A DNA stretch of 64,000 bases from NCBI RefSeq assembly GCF_009914755.1, contig NC_060926.1; one strand, given 5' to 3'. A program made the position numbers and the translations under genes. Below, in pieces: positions 17,560 through 35,444 of the stretch. The first letter of the stretch is position 1. Each line of letters begins with the position of its first letter. This DNA comes from the human T2T-CHM13v2.0 reference genome, Homo sapiens. Under the pieces are notes generated by a model, which was not told the DNA's origin, did no database searches, and was given only the letters and a program-made list of their open reading frames with translations.

Positions 17560-18545
17560 AAATAAGTTATTTATATTAGAAAAATTTAAAAATATACAAA
17601 TAGTAGAGAGCACAAAAATAGTTATCCATTCCCCAGTTACCAACACTTGGCCAATCTCTTTTCATTTGTCCTTCCACTCATTGCCACCCCCTTAACTGCA
17701 TTATTTCAAAATGATTTATAGATATATCATTTTATTTGTATGTATTTTAAAAGATACACTTTAAGAGAAAAAAATTATCACAACCATTATACTGTAATAC
17801 TGCTAATTCCTTAATACCACCAGATTGGTAATCATTATTTAAATTCCCCCAATAATTCATAACTTTTTCTTTATTGTCAGTTTGTTTGAATCACATCCAA
17901 ACAGTATCCACACATTGCATTTGTCTCTTTCAATCTATAGCTTCCCTCCCTTGTTTGCTTCTTCTCCCTTGCTTCTTCTTTGTTGAAGAAACTGGACTAT
18001 TCATCTTGTTTCTTGCACACAGGATTTGCTTATTGCATCTCTGTGGTATTTAATGCATTTTTCTCCTGTGAACTGGCAGGTTACTTAAGAAGTTTGATCT
18101 GATTCCAGGGTGTTTTTTTGTTCTGTTTTGTTTTGGTAAGAATACTTCATTGATGGTACACTGCATTTTAATTTCTACTAAGTTTCTGTTTGTCTATTTT
18201 ATGATGTTAGTGGCCGTTATTTCGTTAGGGGTTTGCAAAGTGGTGATATTCTAATGTGTTTATCTTTCTTCATTTATTAGTTGGACTATTTCTATAAAGA
18301 GAAACTTATCAATAACCTGAGGTATAGTTTGTATAGAAAAGGCAGATTAAATGCTTGATTTCTTTCCCTTTAACCGCTAGTTTTCAGAATAATGAATTGG
18401 TTCACTAGCATCCTCCAAAGGAGACCAATCAGGTTTTGTTTGGTTTGTTTCTTTAATATCATTATGAACTCATAGATTTTTTAACCTATTTCATGTGTTT
18501 CAATCAAATACAGTTATTATTCTACTGATACTCAAACTTGAAAAT
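17560..18545 (-). mobile_element. L1MC4-like 3' region
   Basis: aaaggcagattaaatgcttgattctttcccttt...ttcagaataatgaattggttcactagcatcctccaaag. Confidence 0.7.
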
Positions 18546-21500
18546 CACCATAAAATTTAAAAATTGTATCACTTAAAGGTGGTTTTATTATAAATTATTT
18601 CCCCCTAGAATTTATGAAAATGAAAAGCTTCCCTGTGTAGTTACACATGAATGTTCAGGAGTATACCTACCATGTAAAGTGGGTTGAACTTTCACAGGGG
18701 TTTATTTATGCATATACACTGAAATAAATGTGTTAGTGTGGTTATCTAAGACAGTCTATGATACTCTAAGGAATGAATACATGTTCACCTTTATACAAGA
18801 AATCTGGAGTCATGTACTTTGGGCTAGGGTTGCTTCTGAGGTGGCAGCCATTCTGCAGCAGCCCTTCTGTACCTTAAAAACCAGCACAGTCTCCTTGGAA
18901 CACATTCTTCAGCTCTGACCACAGGAGACCAGCTGGGCTAACACTCAGTGATTTGTCAGATTTACCTGCATTTTCATAGTATTTCTATCAAAGAAATTTG
19001 TCCTAAGTGTCAAATTGCTGATTTTTCCAGTAACTAAAAGGTTTCATGTGGACTTCTGTTGTTATTTACATGTATATGGAGAAAATTGCAATCTGTGAGT
19101 AATTTGAGAAATTTCAACACTTTCAGCAGTAGTGATCTAGAAATTAAATGGGTTTCAAATACAATGTTCCAGTGCAGTGCCGCATATATAATGTATGTGC
19201 AGCATATGCTGAGGTCTTTTTCAAAACATTTACATTAAACCTGTCAGGTATTTATGAATAGCAAAAATTAATTTCCCCTAGTTCTGTCATCAGTTAGAGA
19301 AATGGATTTCAGCATGGAAGACTGTCAATATTTCCTGCATACTAGAACAGCTCACTTCAATGTCATAGTATTACACCAGGTGGCCTTCTAAGAGTCAGCT
19401 TAATGTGATTTCAAATGATAGGGTAGTGAATGTGAGGGAAATTAAAATAGTATCATACTTATGATTTAAAAGCAAGTTAATTACAAGGGCTTGTTAATAA
19501 ACAAAGAAAAATTCTGAATGTATTATCTGTTATATAGCATATCAATAACAAGTGTGATGCTTTGAAAACAAAAAACTCTACCACTATGTGACTTTGAGAT
19601 GACTTAAAAATATTTAATTAAATTGTTGACAAATGTGTTAATCTACTAATGGCCTTATAGCATTTGAAAGAATTTTTAGATATTCATTTAGCTCTTAAGG
19701 CACTTCTAAAAGCATTGTTTAACTGAAAAGATTAGCTACATTGTTGGCATTTTATCTAGAAAATCACTGATGTGTTTGCTGTGAATGATCCTAACAGCAC
19801 TGTACTTTGTCAATGTTCAGTCAATGCATTTTTCCCAATCGGGTACTTTTAAGGTTCTTATAGGGCCAAAGCATGTGCAATATCACTATTACTAAAATGA
19901 GAGACATTTTATTTGATGAATTATTTAGTATTTTTTGATGGTTTTGGGTGATGTGCCTCCACCCTGCCCCTATCTTATATATTAGGGGGAGGAAAAGGGA
20001 GGATATCTGATGCATTTTAAGAAATTATTAACGTTCTGATTTTTAAAAATATTGTGAAATTTTAATTTTAGAAGGTATTAAAAATGTCCACTATTTATGA
20101 ACCTGTGAAAATTTCATAATATTTTTAAATCTAGAGGTTTAGAAACAATTATTATTAATAATTTCATAGTGTGGTAGCCTTAGAAGGAACAAGATATGAT
20201 GACAAAGATCTTCCCCATTGTGCATATGAACTTGCTGGGAGTCTGATATATATATACATATATGTATTAATAATTAATATGAGGAACACAGGCTGATTTT
20301 TTAAATATATGGCTTATGAAAATCTCATTTTCTAGTCACAAGACAAACTGAGGATAATTCTTCCCTTCCTGGATTATACTGTTATGTAGTTAATAAACCT
20401 ATTCTTTTAAAGATTATTTCAAGGAATTTTAATAGTTTTTGTTCTGCGCGGTTTTTAAGATTAAAAATTAAGCCCAATTCTTAAGAGGTTGCCTTTTAAA
20501 TAATGGGTCTAATACACCAGGGTCACATAGAGTTCAAATCCTGGAAATATATGGCTCTACTTACACAACGTTTTATGTGGTTTTTCTTTTAAAAATTGTC
20601 CTCTTTAATATACTGTGGAATAATGTGAGTCTGTACAATCCCATTTTAAGGACTTCTTTGTAAAATCCAGCTGTTTTAAGGTTCTTTAAATATCCTGGCT
20701 GACAACCACAACTGACACTGCTGTGCTGATGTGGATATAAGAAATTTCATTTGAATGAGAAGGACAGCTGACATTATATTCATAGTTTTATCAGCGGCCA
20801 TAGGGTTATTAGTCATGGGAGCCAATACTTTGTTCTGGTCATGTATCCCTTTTTTCATAGGGCTTTCCACTTTATGATTATTGTTTGTTAACATTTTATC
20901 TTTTAAGTAAATAAACAGTGATACTGCAAATCTCTGTGGTACAAATCTGCATCTGTTTTACTTGAGGATTGTCTATGTTATTGCAATTTTGATAAACCTT
21001 TGAATCTCATGATATTACACTTGTATTTCCTTGGTTATATACAGATTCCTTTTAAGAAAACTAAGGCAAATATTTTAAAATACATTTAAAAAGAACATAA
21101 TTTTTGCATGTTTTGTCTTATCACAGTTTTAAAGTGCTATAATTCTGAGGCTTCTTCTAGAGGAGGTTAAGCATTACAAAATAAAAGGCAGGAAAGGACA
21201 ATTTTAGGAACTGTGCAACTAAGTTAAAACAAATATTATATCCTAGTAATTGAGGATTAGGACTCTTGATTCCATTCCTTGTAGTGCTCTCCTATAGACC
21301 TCTGTACAGAATGTGTATATGTAGGTATGTACATGTATTTTCTGAATACGGCTACTTGCTGGTATAGTGTCATTTTAATCAACATTTTAATCTAGTCGTT
21401 ATTAAAATGCTACTTACAATGTAGAGAGAGGCTGGCTATTTGCTTTTAAAGTGTCAACAAAAATGCTGGAACAGTCACATGTTTTTGTTGATCAAAGAAT

Positions 21501-22051
21501 GTACAAATGTCTAGGAGATCACAATCACTATTACCATATATGGATTATGTTGACAAAATACCTGGGTGTGTGAATTCAAAAGGGAATAAATCTGATGATC
21601 TGTTAATTTGCAAACAGAAAATTATTATAAGAACTGTGCAGCTGGAGTGAATTCAAAAGTTAAGGAAAGTTTGAATATCTGCTTGCATGCTATAGCACTT
21701 GAAATACATTTAGACCTGTGTCACAGACATTGAGTTCCTACTATAGTCAGCTTCTGTATTTGGTGTATTAGATGAGTATGACAATTTGCCTCCCCTCAAA
21801 CAGCTTAAACCATACTGGGGAAAACTGGCATGGAAATAAACAATGACAATGCATAATAGCTGTAATAGGATGCATACTTTCCAATGGGAAAGCAAAAGGG
21901 GGCAAATTTATTTTTATGTGGAAGCCAGAAAAGACTTCACCAGTAAGGCACATTTGTAAGGGAGGCACAAAATGGAAATAATGAAGCTGAAAAAATTTAT
22001 GAGGACTTCATAAGATCATGTTAAACAATTTTACTTTTATCATGAAGGTAA

Positions 22052-22364
<313 letters not shown>

Positions 22365-22489
22365 TAAAGATTTTTAAACGGAGTAATAGATCACATATCT
22401 GTGTTAGAAATACAACTTTAAGATGGCAGATAACTGCATCTTTTTTCTGAGGGGCAAATCCAGTAATCTCATTAAAAAATAATTAATAA

Positions 22490-22889
<400 letters not shown>

Positions 22890-25423
22890 TAGAAGAAATA
22901 CTTAAGGGTGTCCTAAACCTGGAAGTGAAAGGTTATCTACCATTGTGAAAACATGTGGAAGTATAAAGCTCACTGGTAAAGCAAACACACAAATGAGGAA
23001 GAGGAAGGACTCAAATGTTACCGCTAAAGAAAAACACTAAACCACAATGATAAACAATAAGAGATGAAGAAAGGAACAAAGAATATATAAAACATTCAGA
23101 ACACAATTAACAGTATAACAGGAGCATATCAATAATACCCTCAAATGTAAGTGGATTAAATTTTCCACTTAAAACATAGAGGCTGGCTGAATGAATTACA
23201 AAACATTACCTAACTATATGCTGCCTACAAGAAACTCACTTCACCTGTAAAGACATGTATAGACTGTAAGTAAAGGGATGGAAAAATATATTCCATGCAA
23301 ACAGAAACCAAAAGCAAGCAAGAATAGCTATACTTACATAAAACAGACTTTAAGTCAAAACAGTAAAAAGACACAAAGAAAAGTTATATAATGACAAAGG
23401 AATCACTTCAGCAAGAGGATATAACAATTCTTAATATATATGCACCCAACACTGGAGCACCCAGATTATAAAGCAGATATTACTAGACCTAAATAAAGAG
23501 ATAGACTTCCTATACAATAATAGTTGGGAATTCAGTATTCCACTCATCGTCTAATGCAACTAGCATTAGACAGATCATCCAAACAGAAAATCAACAACGA
23601 GACATTGGGTTTAAACTGGACTTTATACCAAATGGGCTTTATAGACATTTATACAACATTTTACCCAACAGCTCCAGAGTGCACATTCTTCTCATCATTA
23701 TATTGAACATTCTGCAGGATAGAACATATGTTAGGCCAGAAAACAAATCTCAATAAATTTTTAAGAATAGCAATCCTATCAGTATCTTCTCAGATCACAA
23801 TTAAACTAGAAATCAATAGAAATCAACAATAATTTGAAAACTATACAAATATATGGAAATTAAACAACGTGCTCCTGAATGACCATTGACTAAATGAAGA
23901 AATTAACATGAAAATCAAAAAATATCTTAAATGAAAATGGAAACACAACATAACAAAATCCTCAGGATACAGCAAAAGCAGTGCTAAGAGAAGTTTATAG
24001 CATTCAATGCCTACATCAAAAAAGTAGAAAGATTTCAAATAAATAATCTAGCAATGCACCTCAAGGAACTTGAAAAGCAAGAACAAACCGAACCTAAAAT
24101 TACTAAAAGGAAAGAAACAATAAAGATCAAATCAGAACTAAAGAATATAGAGATTATCAAAGAAAACAATAAAAAGGATCAGTGAAATGAAAAGTTGGCT
24201 TTTTTAACATATAAAGTTGATAAATGGCTATAACCAAAAATTGCTATAACCAAAGGGGAGAGGGGGAGAGAGAGAGAGAGAGAGACCCAAATAAAATCAG
24301 AAATGAGAAAGGAGATATTACAACTGATACCACAGAAATACAAAAGATATCAGAGGCTATTATGAACAACTGTATTCGAACAAACTTTAAAACCTTAAGG
24401 AAATGCATAAATTCTGGGGCATACAACCTACCAAGATTGAATCAGGAAGAAATAGAAAACCTGAATAGGCCAATAACAAGTAATGAGATTGAATCAGTAA
24501 TAAAAAGTCTCCCAACAAAGAAAAGCCCAGGATTAATGGCTTCACTGCCTAATTCTACCAAACGTATAAAGAAGGACTCACTCCTCAAACCATTCCAAAA
24601 AATGCAAGAGGAGGGAATTCTCCCCGACTTGTTCTATGAGGCCAGCATTACCCTGATAACAAAACCAGTCAAGAACAAAACAACAGCAACAAAAACTACA
24701 GGCCAATATTTCTGATGAACATAGGTGCAAAGGTTCTCAACAAAATTCTAACAAACTGAATTCTACAGCACATCAAAATGATAATACACCATGATCAAGT
24801 GGGATTTAAAACAGGGATGCAAAGATTGCTCAATATATGCAAATCAACAAACGTGATTCATCACACCAACAGAATGAAGGACAAAAATCATATGACCATT
24901 TCAATAGGCACAGAAAAAGCATTAGATAAAATTCAGCACCCATTCATAATAAAAACTCTCAGCAAACTTGCTCTAGAAGCAACATACATCAACATAATAA
25001 AGGCCATATATGACAAGCCCATGTAACATCATACTGAGTGGGGGCAAAGCTGAAATCCTTTCCTGTAAGAACTAGAATAAGACAAGGTTGCCTACTTTCA
25101 CCACTCCTATTCAACATAGGAACAATCAGGCAAGAGGAAGAATTAAAAGCATCCAGATTGGAAAAGAGAAAGTTACATTGTTCTTTGCAGACAAAAATAA
25201 TTTTATATTTAGAAAAACCAAAAGACTCCACCAAAAAACTCATTAAACTGTTAAATTCAGTAAAGTTGCAGGATACAAAATCAACATACAAAATCAGTAG
25301 CATTTCTATACACCAATAATGAACTAGCTGAAAGAGAAATCAAATAAGTAATCTCATTTGCAATAGCTGCAAAGAAAATATCTAGACATAAATTTAACAA
25401 AGGAAGTGAAAGACCTGTATTAG

Positions 25424-25945
<522 letters not shown>

Positions 25946-26809
25946 TGAATAGGCAAACCAATCCTGAGCAAAAAGAACAAAGCTGGAGGCATCATACTAC
26001 CTGACTTTAAAGTATATTACAAGGATATAGTAACCCAAACAGCATGGTATCAGTATAAAAATTGACGTATAGACCAATGGAACAGAATAGAGAACCCAGA
26101 AGTAAATGCACATATTTACAGCCAACTGATTTTTGACAAAGGCAACAAGAATATACATTAGTAGGACAGTCTCCTCAATAAATGGTACTGGGAAAGCTGG
26201 ATATTTATATGCAGAAGAATGAAACTGGACCCATATCTCTCTCCACGTACCAAAAAGCCAACTCCAGATGGATTAAGGACTTAAATATCAGATCCCAAAC
26301 TATGGAACTATTAGATGAAAACATAGGGGAAACAGTTTAGGACACTGGTCTAGGCAAAGATTTTATAGTTAAGACCTCCAAAGCATAGACAACAAAAACA
26401 AAAATGTACAAATGGGACAATATTAAACTAAGAAGCCTCTGCACAGCAAAGGAAACAATCAACAGAATAAAGGCATAACCTTCTGAATAGGAGAAAATAT
26501 TTGCAAACTATTTATCTGACAAGGGACTAATATCCAGAATATACAAGGAATTCAAACAACTCAACAGTAAAACAAACAAACAAACAGTTCCATTAAAAAG
26601 TGAGAAGGGACATGAATATACATTTATCAGTAGAAGACATACAAATGGCCAGTAGGTATATGAACAAATGTTTCACATGACTAATCATCAGGGAAATGCA
26701 AATGAAAACCACAATGAGATATTGTTGTATCTTACGTCAGTTAGAATGGCTGTTATTAAAAAGACAAAAAATAACAGATGCTGGTGAGGATGGAGAGAAA
26801 AGGGAACTC

Positions 26810-27107
26810 TTTTTTTTTTCTTTCTTTCTTTCTGAGACAGGATCTCATTTCTGTCACTCAGGCTGAGTGCAATGGTGCAATTATGGCTCACTGCAGCCTC
26901 GACCCCAGGGCTCAAGTGATCCTCCCACCTCAGCCTCCCAAGTAGCTGGTACTACGGGCATGTGCCAACACGGTCAGCTAATTTTTTATATTTTGTAGAA
27001 ACAGAGTCTTGCAATGTTGTCCTGGCTGTTCTTGAACTACTGGACTCCAGTGATTCTCCTGCCTTGGCCTCCCAAAGTGTTGGGATCACAGGCGTGAACC
27101 ACTGTGC
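26810..27107 (-). mobile_element. AluJ in L1
   Basis: Dimer lacking the terminal GGCC; no TSD. Confidence 0.9.
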
Positions 27108-27338
27108 TGTGTAAATTAGTACAACCTCTATGGAAAACAGTATGGAGGTTCCTTAAAGAACTAAAAGTAGATCTACCATTCAATCCAGCAGTCCCGCTAC
27201 TGGGTATCTACCCAACGGAAAAGAAATCATATGAAAAAGGCACATGCACACCTGTGTTTATAGCAGCACAGTTCCAAATTGCAAAGATATGGAACCAATC
27301 TAAGTGCCCACCAATCAATGAGCAGATAAAGAAAATGT

Positions 27339-27650
27339 GGCCGGGCGTGGTCGCTCACACCTGTAATCCCAGCACTTTGGGAGACCGAGGCGGGTGGATC
27401 ACGAGGTCAGGTGTTCAAGACCACCCTGGCCAAGATGGTGAAACCCTGTCTCTACTAAAAATACAAAAATTTAGCCAGGTGTGGTTGTGGGCACCTGTAA
27501 TCCCAGCTACTCGGGAAGCTGAGGCAGAGAATTGCTTGAACCCGGGAGGTGGAGGTTGCAGTGAGCCAAGATTGTGCCACTGCACTCCAGCCTGGGCGAC
27601 AGAGCGAGACGCCATCTCAAAAACAAAAAAAAAAAAGAAAAGAAAAGAAA
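27339..27650 (+). mobile_element. AluS in L1
   Basis: Full dimer, TSD aaagaaaatgt. Confidence 0.95.
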
Positions 27651-28198
27651 AAAGAAAATGTAGTATATATACACCATGGCATACTACTCAGCCATAAAAA
27701 GGAATGAAATAATGTTTTTTGCAGCAACTTGGATTGAGTTGGAGGCCATTTTTTAAGTGAACTAACTCAGGAATGGAAAACCAAATATGGTTTATTCTCA
27801 CTTATAAGTGGGAACTAAACTATGAGAATGCAAAGATACAGAGTGATATAATGGACTTCAGGGACTCAGGAGGAGAGGTTGGGGTGGGGGTGATAGATAA
27901 AAGACTGCATATTGGCCACAATATATACTGCTAGGGTGATGGGTGTGCTAAAATCTCAGAGTTCACCACTGTAGAATTCAACCATGTAACCAAAAACCAC
28001 TTGTACCCCCAAAGCTATTCAAATAATCATTTAAAAAAAAGTTTTTTAGCTTCAAACCCAAGGAAAAGTTGCATACCATTTACTTACACTTGTATGCCCT
28101 TTATAATAATACCAATTATTACATCTGTCCCATTTATTATATACCAAATAATTGGCATACCAATTATTTGCATCTACACTTTTCTTTCTCTCTCTTTC

Positions 28199-28205
28199 TG
28201 TGTGT

Positions 28206-28246
<41 letters not shown>
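28199..28246. repeat. (TG)n microsatellite
   Basis: Direct reading. Confidence 0.95.
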
Positions 28247-28247
<1 letters not shown>

Positions 28248-28261
28248 ATATAATACTTCTC

Positions 28262-28545
28262 GGCTAGGCGCAGTGGCTCACGCCTGTAATCCTAGCACTT
28301 TGGGAGGCCGAGGTGGGTGGATTGCCTGAGCTCAGGAGTTCGAAACCAGCCTGGGCAACATAGTGAAACCCCATCTCTACTGAAAATACAAAAACTTAGC
28401 CTGGCATGGTGGCGGATGCCTGTAATCCCAGCTACTCAGGAGGCTGAGGCCAGAGAATCACTTGAACCCAGGAGGTGGAGTTTGCAGTGAGCCAAGATTG
28501 TGCCACTGTACTCCAGAAGTCTCAAAAAAAAAAAAAAAAAAAACC
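28262..28545 (+). mobile_element. AluS with small 3' deletion
   Basis: Dimer, TSD acttctc. Confidence 0.92.
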
Positions 28546-28589
28546 CAAAAAACTTCTCTATATCTCTTTATATCTTTTAAATCTATTTT

Positions 28590-30800
<2,211 letters not shown>

Positions 30801-30819
30801 GAAGGATACATATATATAT

Positions 30820-31030
30820 GCCTGGGTAACATGGTGAAATCCCATCTTGACAAAAAATACAAAAATTAGCTGCGCATAGTGGTGCATCCTTGTAGTCCCA
30901 GCTGCTTGGGAGGCTGAGGTAAGAGGATCACTGGATCCCAGGAGGTTGAGGCTGCAGTGAGCCATGAGTGTGCCACTGAACACCAGCTTGGGTGGCAGAG
31001 TGAAACTCTGTCTCAAAAAAAAAAAAAAAA
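30820..31030 (+). mobile_element. 5'-truncated AluJ
   Basis: TSD aaggatacatatatat. Confidence 0.9.
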
Positions 31031-31091
31031 GGATACATATATATTTTTACTAAGACTATTACTTCAGAAAAGCTGTAAAAACAGCCATATC

Positions 31092-31423
<332 letters not shown>

Positions 31424-31729
31424 TCAAATCTAAGTCTTCCCCTGTGAACATAAATTATTTTCAGATACTGTTTGGTGCTTAAGGAGGCACATAATTTCTT
31501 TCAAGTCATTTGGAGTTTATGCAGCAAGCATAGAGTTGTCATTGTACAAATAAATGTTTTCCATATAGGGCCCCCAAAAATCAACTGGAAAATTCTCAAA
31601 CCAGTACTTACTGAGATATTTCCATGCATAAACACTGCTAGGCATTTGGGTGTTGCAACAAAAAAAATAGAAGATGCTGACAGCAAAGACCTCCACTCAA
31701 GTTGCTTAGAGTCTAACTCAGGAGGTAAG

Positions 31730-31798
<69 letters not shown>
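31730..31798. repeat. (CA)n(CT)n compound microsatellite
   Basis: Direct reading. Confidence 0.95.
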
Positions 31799-31799
<1 letters not shown>

Positions 31800-33956
31800 C
31801 ATATATGTATATATTTCTATACATGTGTAAAGAAACTTGGCTGGCAATTCAAGGCATTATATAGAAAGATCTAAATGAGTTAGTTGCAAGATAAGAAGAG
31901 GTCAGAGAAAGAAGGAAGAGGGAGAGGGGAGGTTTCCTGGAAGAGGCAGAACCACTGTCAGGCCTAGAAGCAGGGACAGTATTCTGAGAAACTGGGGTCT
32001 CAGGATAGCAGTTATGGGGTACTTAAGACAGAGACCAGATAAAAGATCATCCCAGCATGGCTTCATCTGGTGAGCTGTGTGTGGGAGATAAAACTGGAAA
32101 CCTAGACTAATTTAGGTCAGATGGCGGGAGATCCTGGGTGTCAGGTTAGAGAGCTTAGACTTTACTTCCCTTCATCCTCCATTCCTCACTATTATTAAGC
32201 TTTTAACAGTTATACTTACTTATTAAAATAGAGAACCGAGTTTAAGTATCATATAGCTTCTTAGATGCAAATTATCGTTTACTAGTATCTTTAACTAGGG
32301 GAATAAAGTAGGAATAACCTGGAAATTATGTTCATTTATATGTGATTTTCCTGCTTTTTAAATTAATGCTTTGAAGCAACTGGGGCACACTTTCTCCCAA
32401 TTAAAGAGAAATCTCATTACTTACTGAAGACCTTAAGAGAAAAGCTGAGAATCTACAGAAGTGCCTTCTTTTAGTGTAAATAGTGGCTCATTTAGTGCCT
32501 TTTAGAGCCTCTATTTCTTCCAGTATGATTTCTGCCGTGTAAGTGTAGCCACCAGCACAAATGAAAAGGATGCAAAGACATTTCCCTGTATTAAAGCAAT
32601 GAATTAATAAAGAGAGCTCTGTTCTGGATTAGTTATGCTTTTAATTTTAATATAAAATAGTCTCTTTAGAATCAAATGCCCTGTGGGACCTATATCTAGA
32701 AGGAGGAAGAATGAGCCCCCAGGATTAAGGCTACAAAGAACTGACTGTGGTGCTGAATGTAAACATCAGCTGAGATTAACTATGCTAGTATTTTTATTAG
32801 TATTGTTATTATTTTTCTTTATGTTCTGGGTAGAGTTTTGAGTGGTCCAACCCAACCCTATTTTTCTTATAAGCCATATTATTATTTTTTGGTGCATAAT
32901 TTTTGAGAATGCAAGGATTTTCAGGAAAGCTAGGTGGTTGGTTTTACAAGATAGAAAATTAGAAAATACCAAATTTTTACACAACATAGTTGATGTAATG
33001 TAGTAATCATGTATTTTATTTCTCTGGAAATTGTATCCTCACTTATGAAAGCCAGAATACTATTTTAGTAGCATTTATCTATTTAACTTTCATTGTCTGT
33101 TGACAGATGTATTTAGAAAATCAAAGTTAATGTAGGATAACCTGGTCGAGTTAGCATTTATTTTAGTTTCTGTTCAGAAGGTAGCAAATATTGGTTTAAC
33201 CAAAGCTCAGGGGCTAAGATAGGTCAAATGAAGTTTATGAGATTCCATACACTTTCTGGACAAAAATCTACTATACTACTCTTGGAAAAATAATTTGAAA
33301 AAGACGTTTTTGAGTAGGCTTAATGTTCTTAATTTAGTGCTCCCCAAAAGAGGAGTATGAGAAAAACATTTAAATTTTGGTATTATGTTAAATACATCCC
33401 ATGTTTATACCTAAAATAGTCAATGAAATTCTTTTCCTGTGTCAATGATTATTTCAGTGATTACCTGGACATTTGGGAAAGTTAGCAATTAATGCCAAGG
33501 GTTATTTATTTTGTCACTGGTTCAGAAATGCCTGTTTATACAAATCAAGACTTCCAGCAGCTTGAGCCTTCTTTTTCTTTTTGAGCTGGTAGAGTCAATG
33601 GTTAAAGGACAAAAATTCTACAATTGATTGAGTTACAAATGAATACAGTGTTAATTAAGCCAGGCCATTGTCTTTAAAGTGGAGTCAGTACATTGGAAGT
33701 CAGATTTCTCTTGCTGTTTAGTCAAACTGCCTAAGGCTGCAACTGCTTCCTTATTAGGTTACTAGCTTTGGGGAGATGTCATTGTTTGCTGCTGTAGCTA
33801 GGCTTTCTGTTAAAAATCACAGCATGAGGCTTAAACTGCTGCAACCATTATCCAGTGCTAACATGTCACTAAAGGTCTGCTAATAGAACAAGAGGAAAAA
33901 TATCAATCTTTAATTTTAGATCAGCCAAGTAATCTGTAGCACCTGTTCATTTTCTC

Positions 33957-34123
33957 TCATCAACCCATTTAAAACAAGACTAGAGTGATTCTTTGATGGG
34001 CAGGCTATAAGATTCTAATATTTTTTGCCTTTTCTTATCAGAGGAAAATTTAGACTTTAAGACTAAAGAATAGAAAAAATAAACTGTAAGTACATTTCCT
34101 TTAAAAATTTTATTTAAGAGGTA
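33957..34123 (+). repeat. Direct duplication, copy 1
   Basis: About 92% identical by eye to 35113-35283. Confidence 0.95.
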
Positions 34124-34689
34124 GAATTATCTGATGTAATCCAATGATGACTAGGTTATTATAAATAATTTTTTAAAGAATAATTTTGTTTAATTTTCTG
34201 AAATTTACTTTTTAGATAAAAGCTAATCAATGAGGACATAATACACTGGTCCAAACAGCAAATTTTCCATAGAGAGCAGAAACTCTTTCAAGCTTTAGAT
34301 GACAACCAACTTACATTTACCTATTCAGATATAATAAACAGAATTAGAACTTAGCAGCTGCTAGCTTTCCCTTACATAGACCTCAAGGCTCTGTCACGGT
34401 ATGGGGCAAAATTAAAGAAAACATTGTGTCCTGCTCTTAGGAGAGGTGAAAGGATTGCTTCTGCAAACCACCATTAGCAATGCGAGTTCCAAAACATTCC
34501 CAGTGATGCTAGACCAAGTACTACACTTAGCAAATAAACATATAATAAGAGAAACATAAAACTTAGTAAACCTTTACAGTCCCCAAGTATATCCATCTTT
34601 TATTTAAATTAAAAAATCAGTTACTACTCTGAGCCTGTCTCTTTACTAGGCATTGAGAACATCAAAATGAGTCATAATACATGTACCCT

Positions 34690-34770
34690 GCTCTTCCTCG
34701 TGGAACTTATGGTCTATTATTGATCCTCTGTATAAAACCTTTCTCAGAGCTAGTACACATGCAGTTTTTG

Positions 34771-34801
<31 letters not shown>

Positions 34802-34910
34802 TTTTGCTGGTGAGGAAGTTGAGATACAGGGAGGTTGTGACTTGTCTATGGTCACAAGATAAGTGGCAGAGTAAGGATTAGAAGAATCCGGTGTTCTAAC
34901 TTCTAGACTC
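34690..34910 (-). mobile_element. MIR
   Basis: ggtgaggaagttgagatacagggaggttgtgacttgtctatggtcaca. Confidence 0.65.
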
Positions 34911-35112
34911 GGTCTTTTTTTTTTTTTTTTTAACTATATCAAGATGAAGGTACCGGAGGGGAGAAGGGGATTATGAAGGCACAGTTTTAATGGACACCTT
35001 GTAGAATAATACAAGAGTGGAGTGACAGTATGGGAGCCTTTGATTAAAAAATTAATTCTAATGATGAAAATCTAGAAGCCAGATATAATTTAAGTATCTT
35101 CAAAAGGAGGGA

Positions 35113-35283
35113 TCATCAACTCATTTAAAACAAGTCTACAGTGATCCTTTGATGAACAAGCTATAAGATTCTAATATTTTTTGCCTTCTCTTATCAGAGG
35201 AAAATTTAGACTTTAAGTAAGACTAAAGAATAGAAAAAATAAACTGTAAGTAAATTTCTCTTAAAAATTTTATGTAAGAGGTA
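35113..35283 (+). repeat. Direct duplication, copy 2
   Basis: As copy 1, plus a 4-bp insertion (gtaa). Confidence 0.95.
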
Positions 35284-35385
35284 AGATTAGCAAATTGCAT
35301 CTTTTATATAGAGAGTTATCTTTTGTCTATAACATTCATCAGTATCTGATCATATTCTTTTGGATCTGGCTATCTTAGACTGCTA

Positions 35386-35387
<2 letters not shown>

Positions 35388-35440
<53 letters not shown>
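35388..35440. repeat. (CA)n microsatellite, ~26 units
   Basis: Direct reading. Confidence 0.95.

Positions 35441-35444
<4 letters not shown>

Noticed and set aside
31472-31864. 130-aa and 107-aa opposing ORFs
   Set aside because: Length inflated by the (CA)n(CT)n repeat; no recognisable domain
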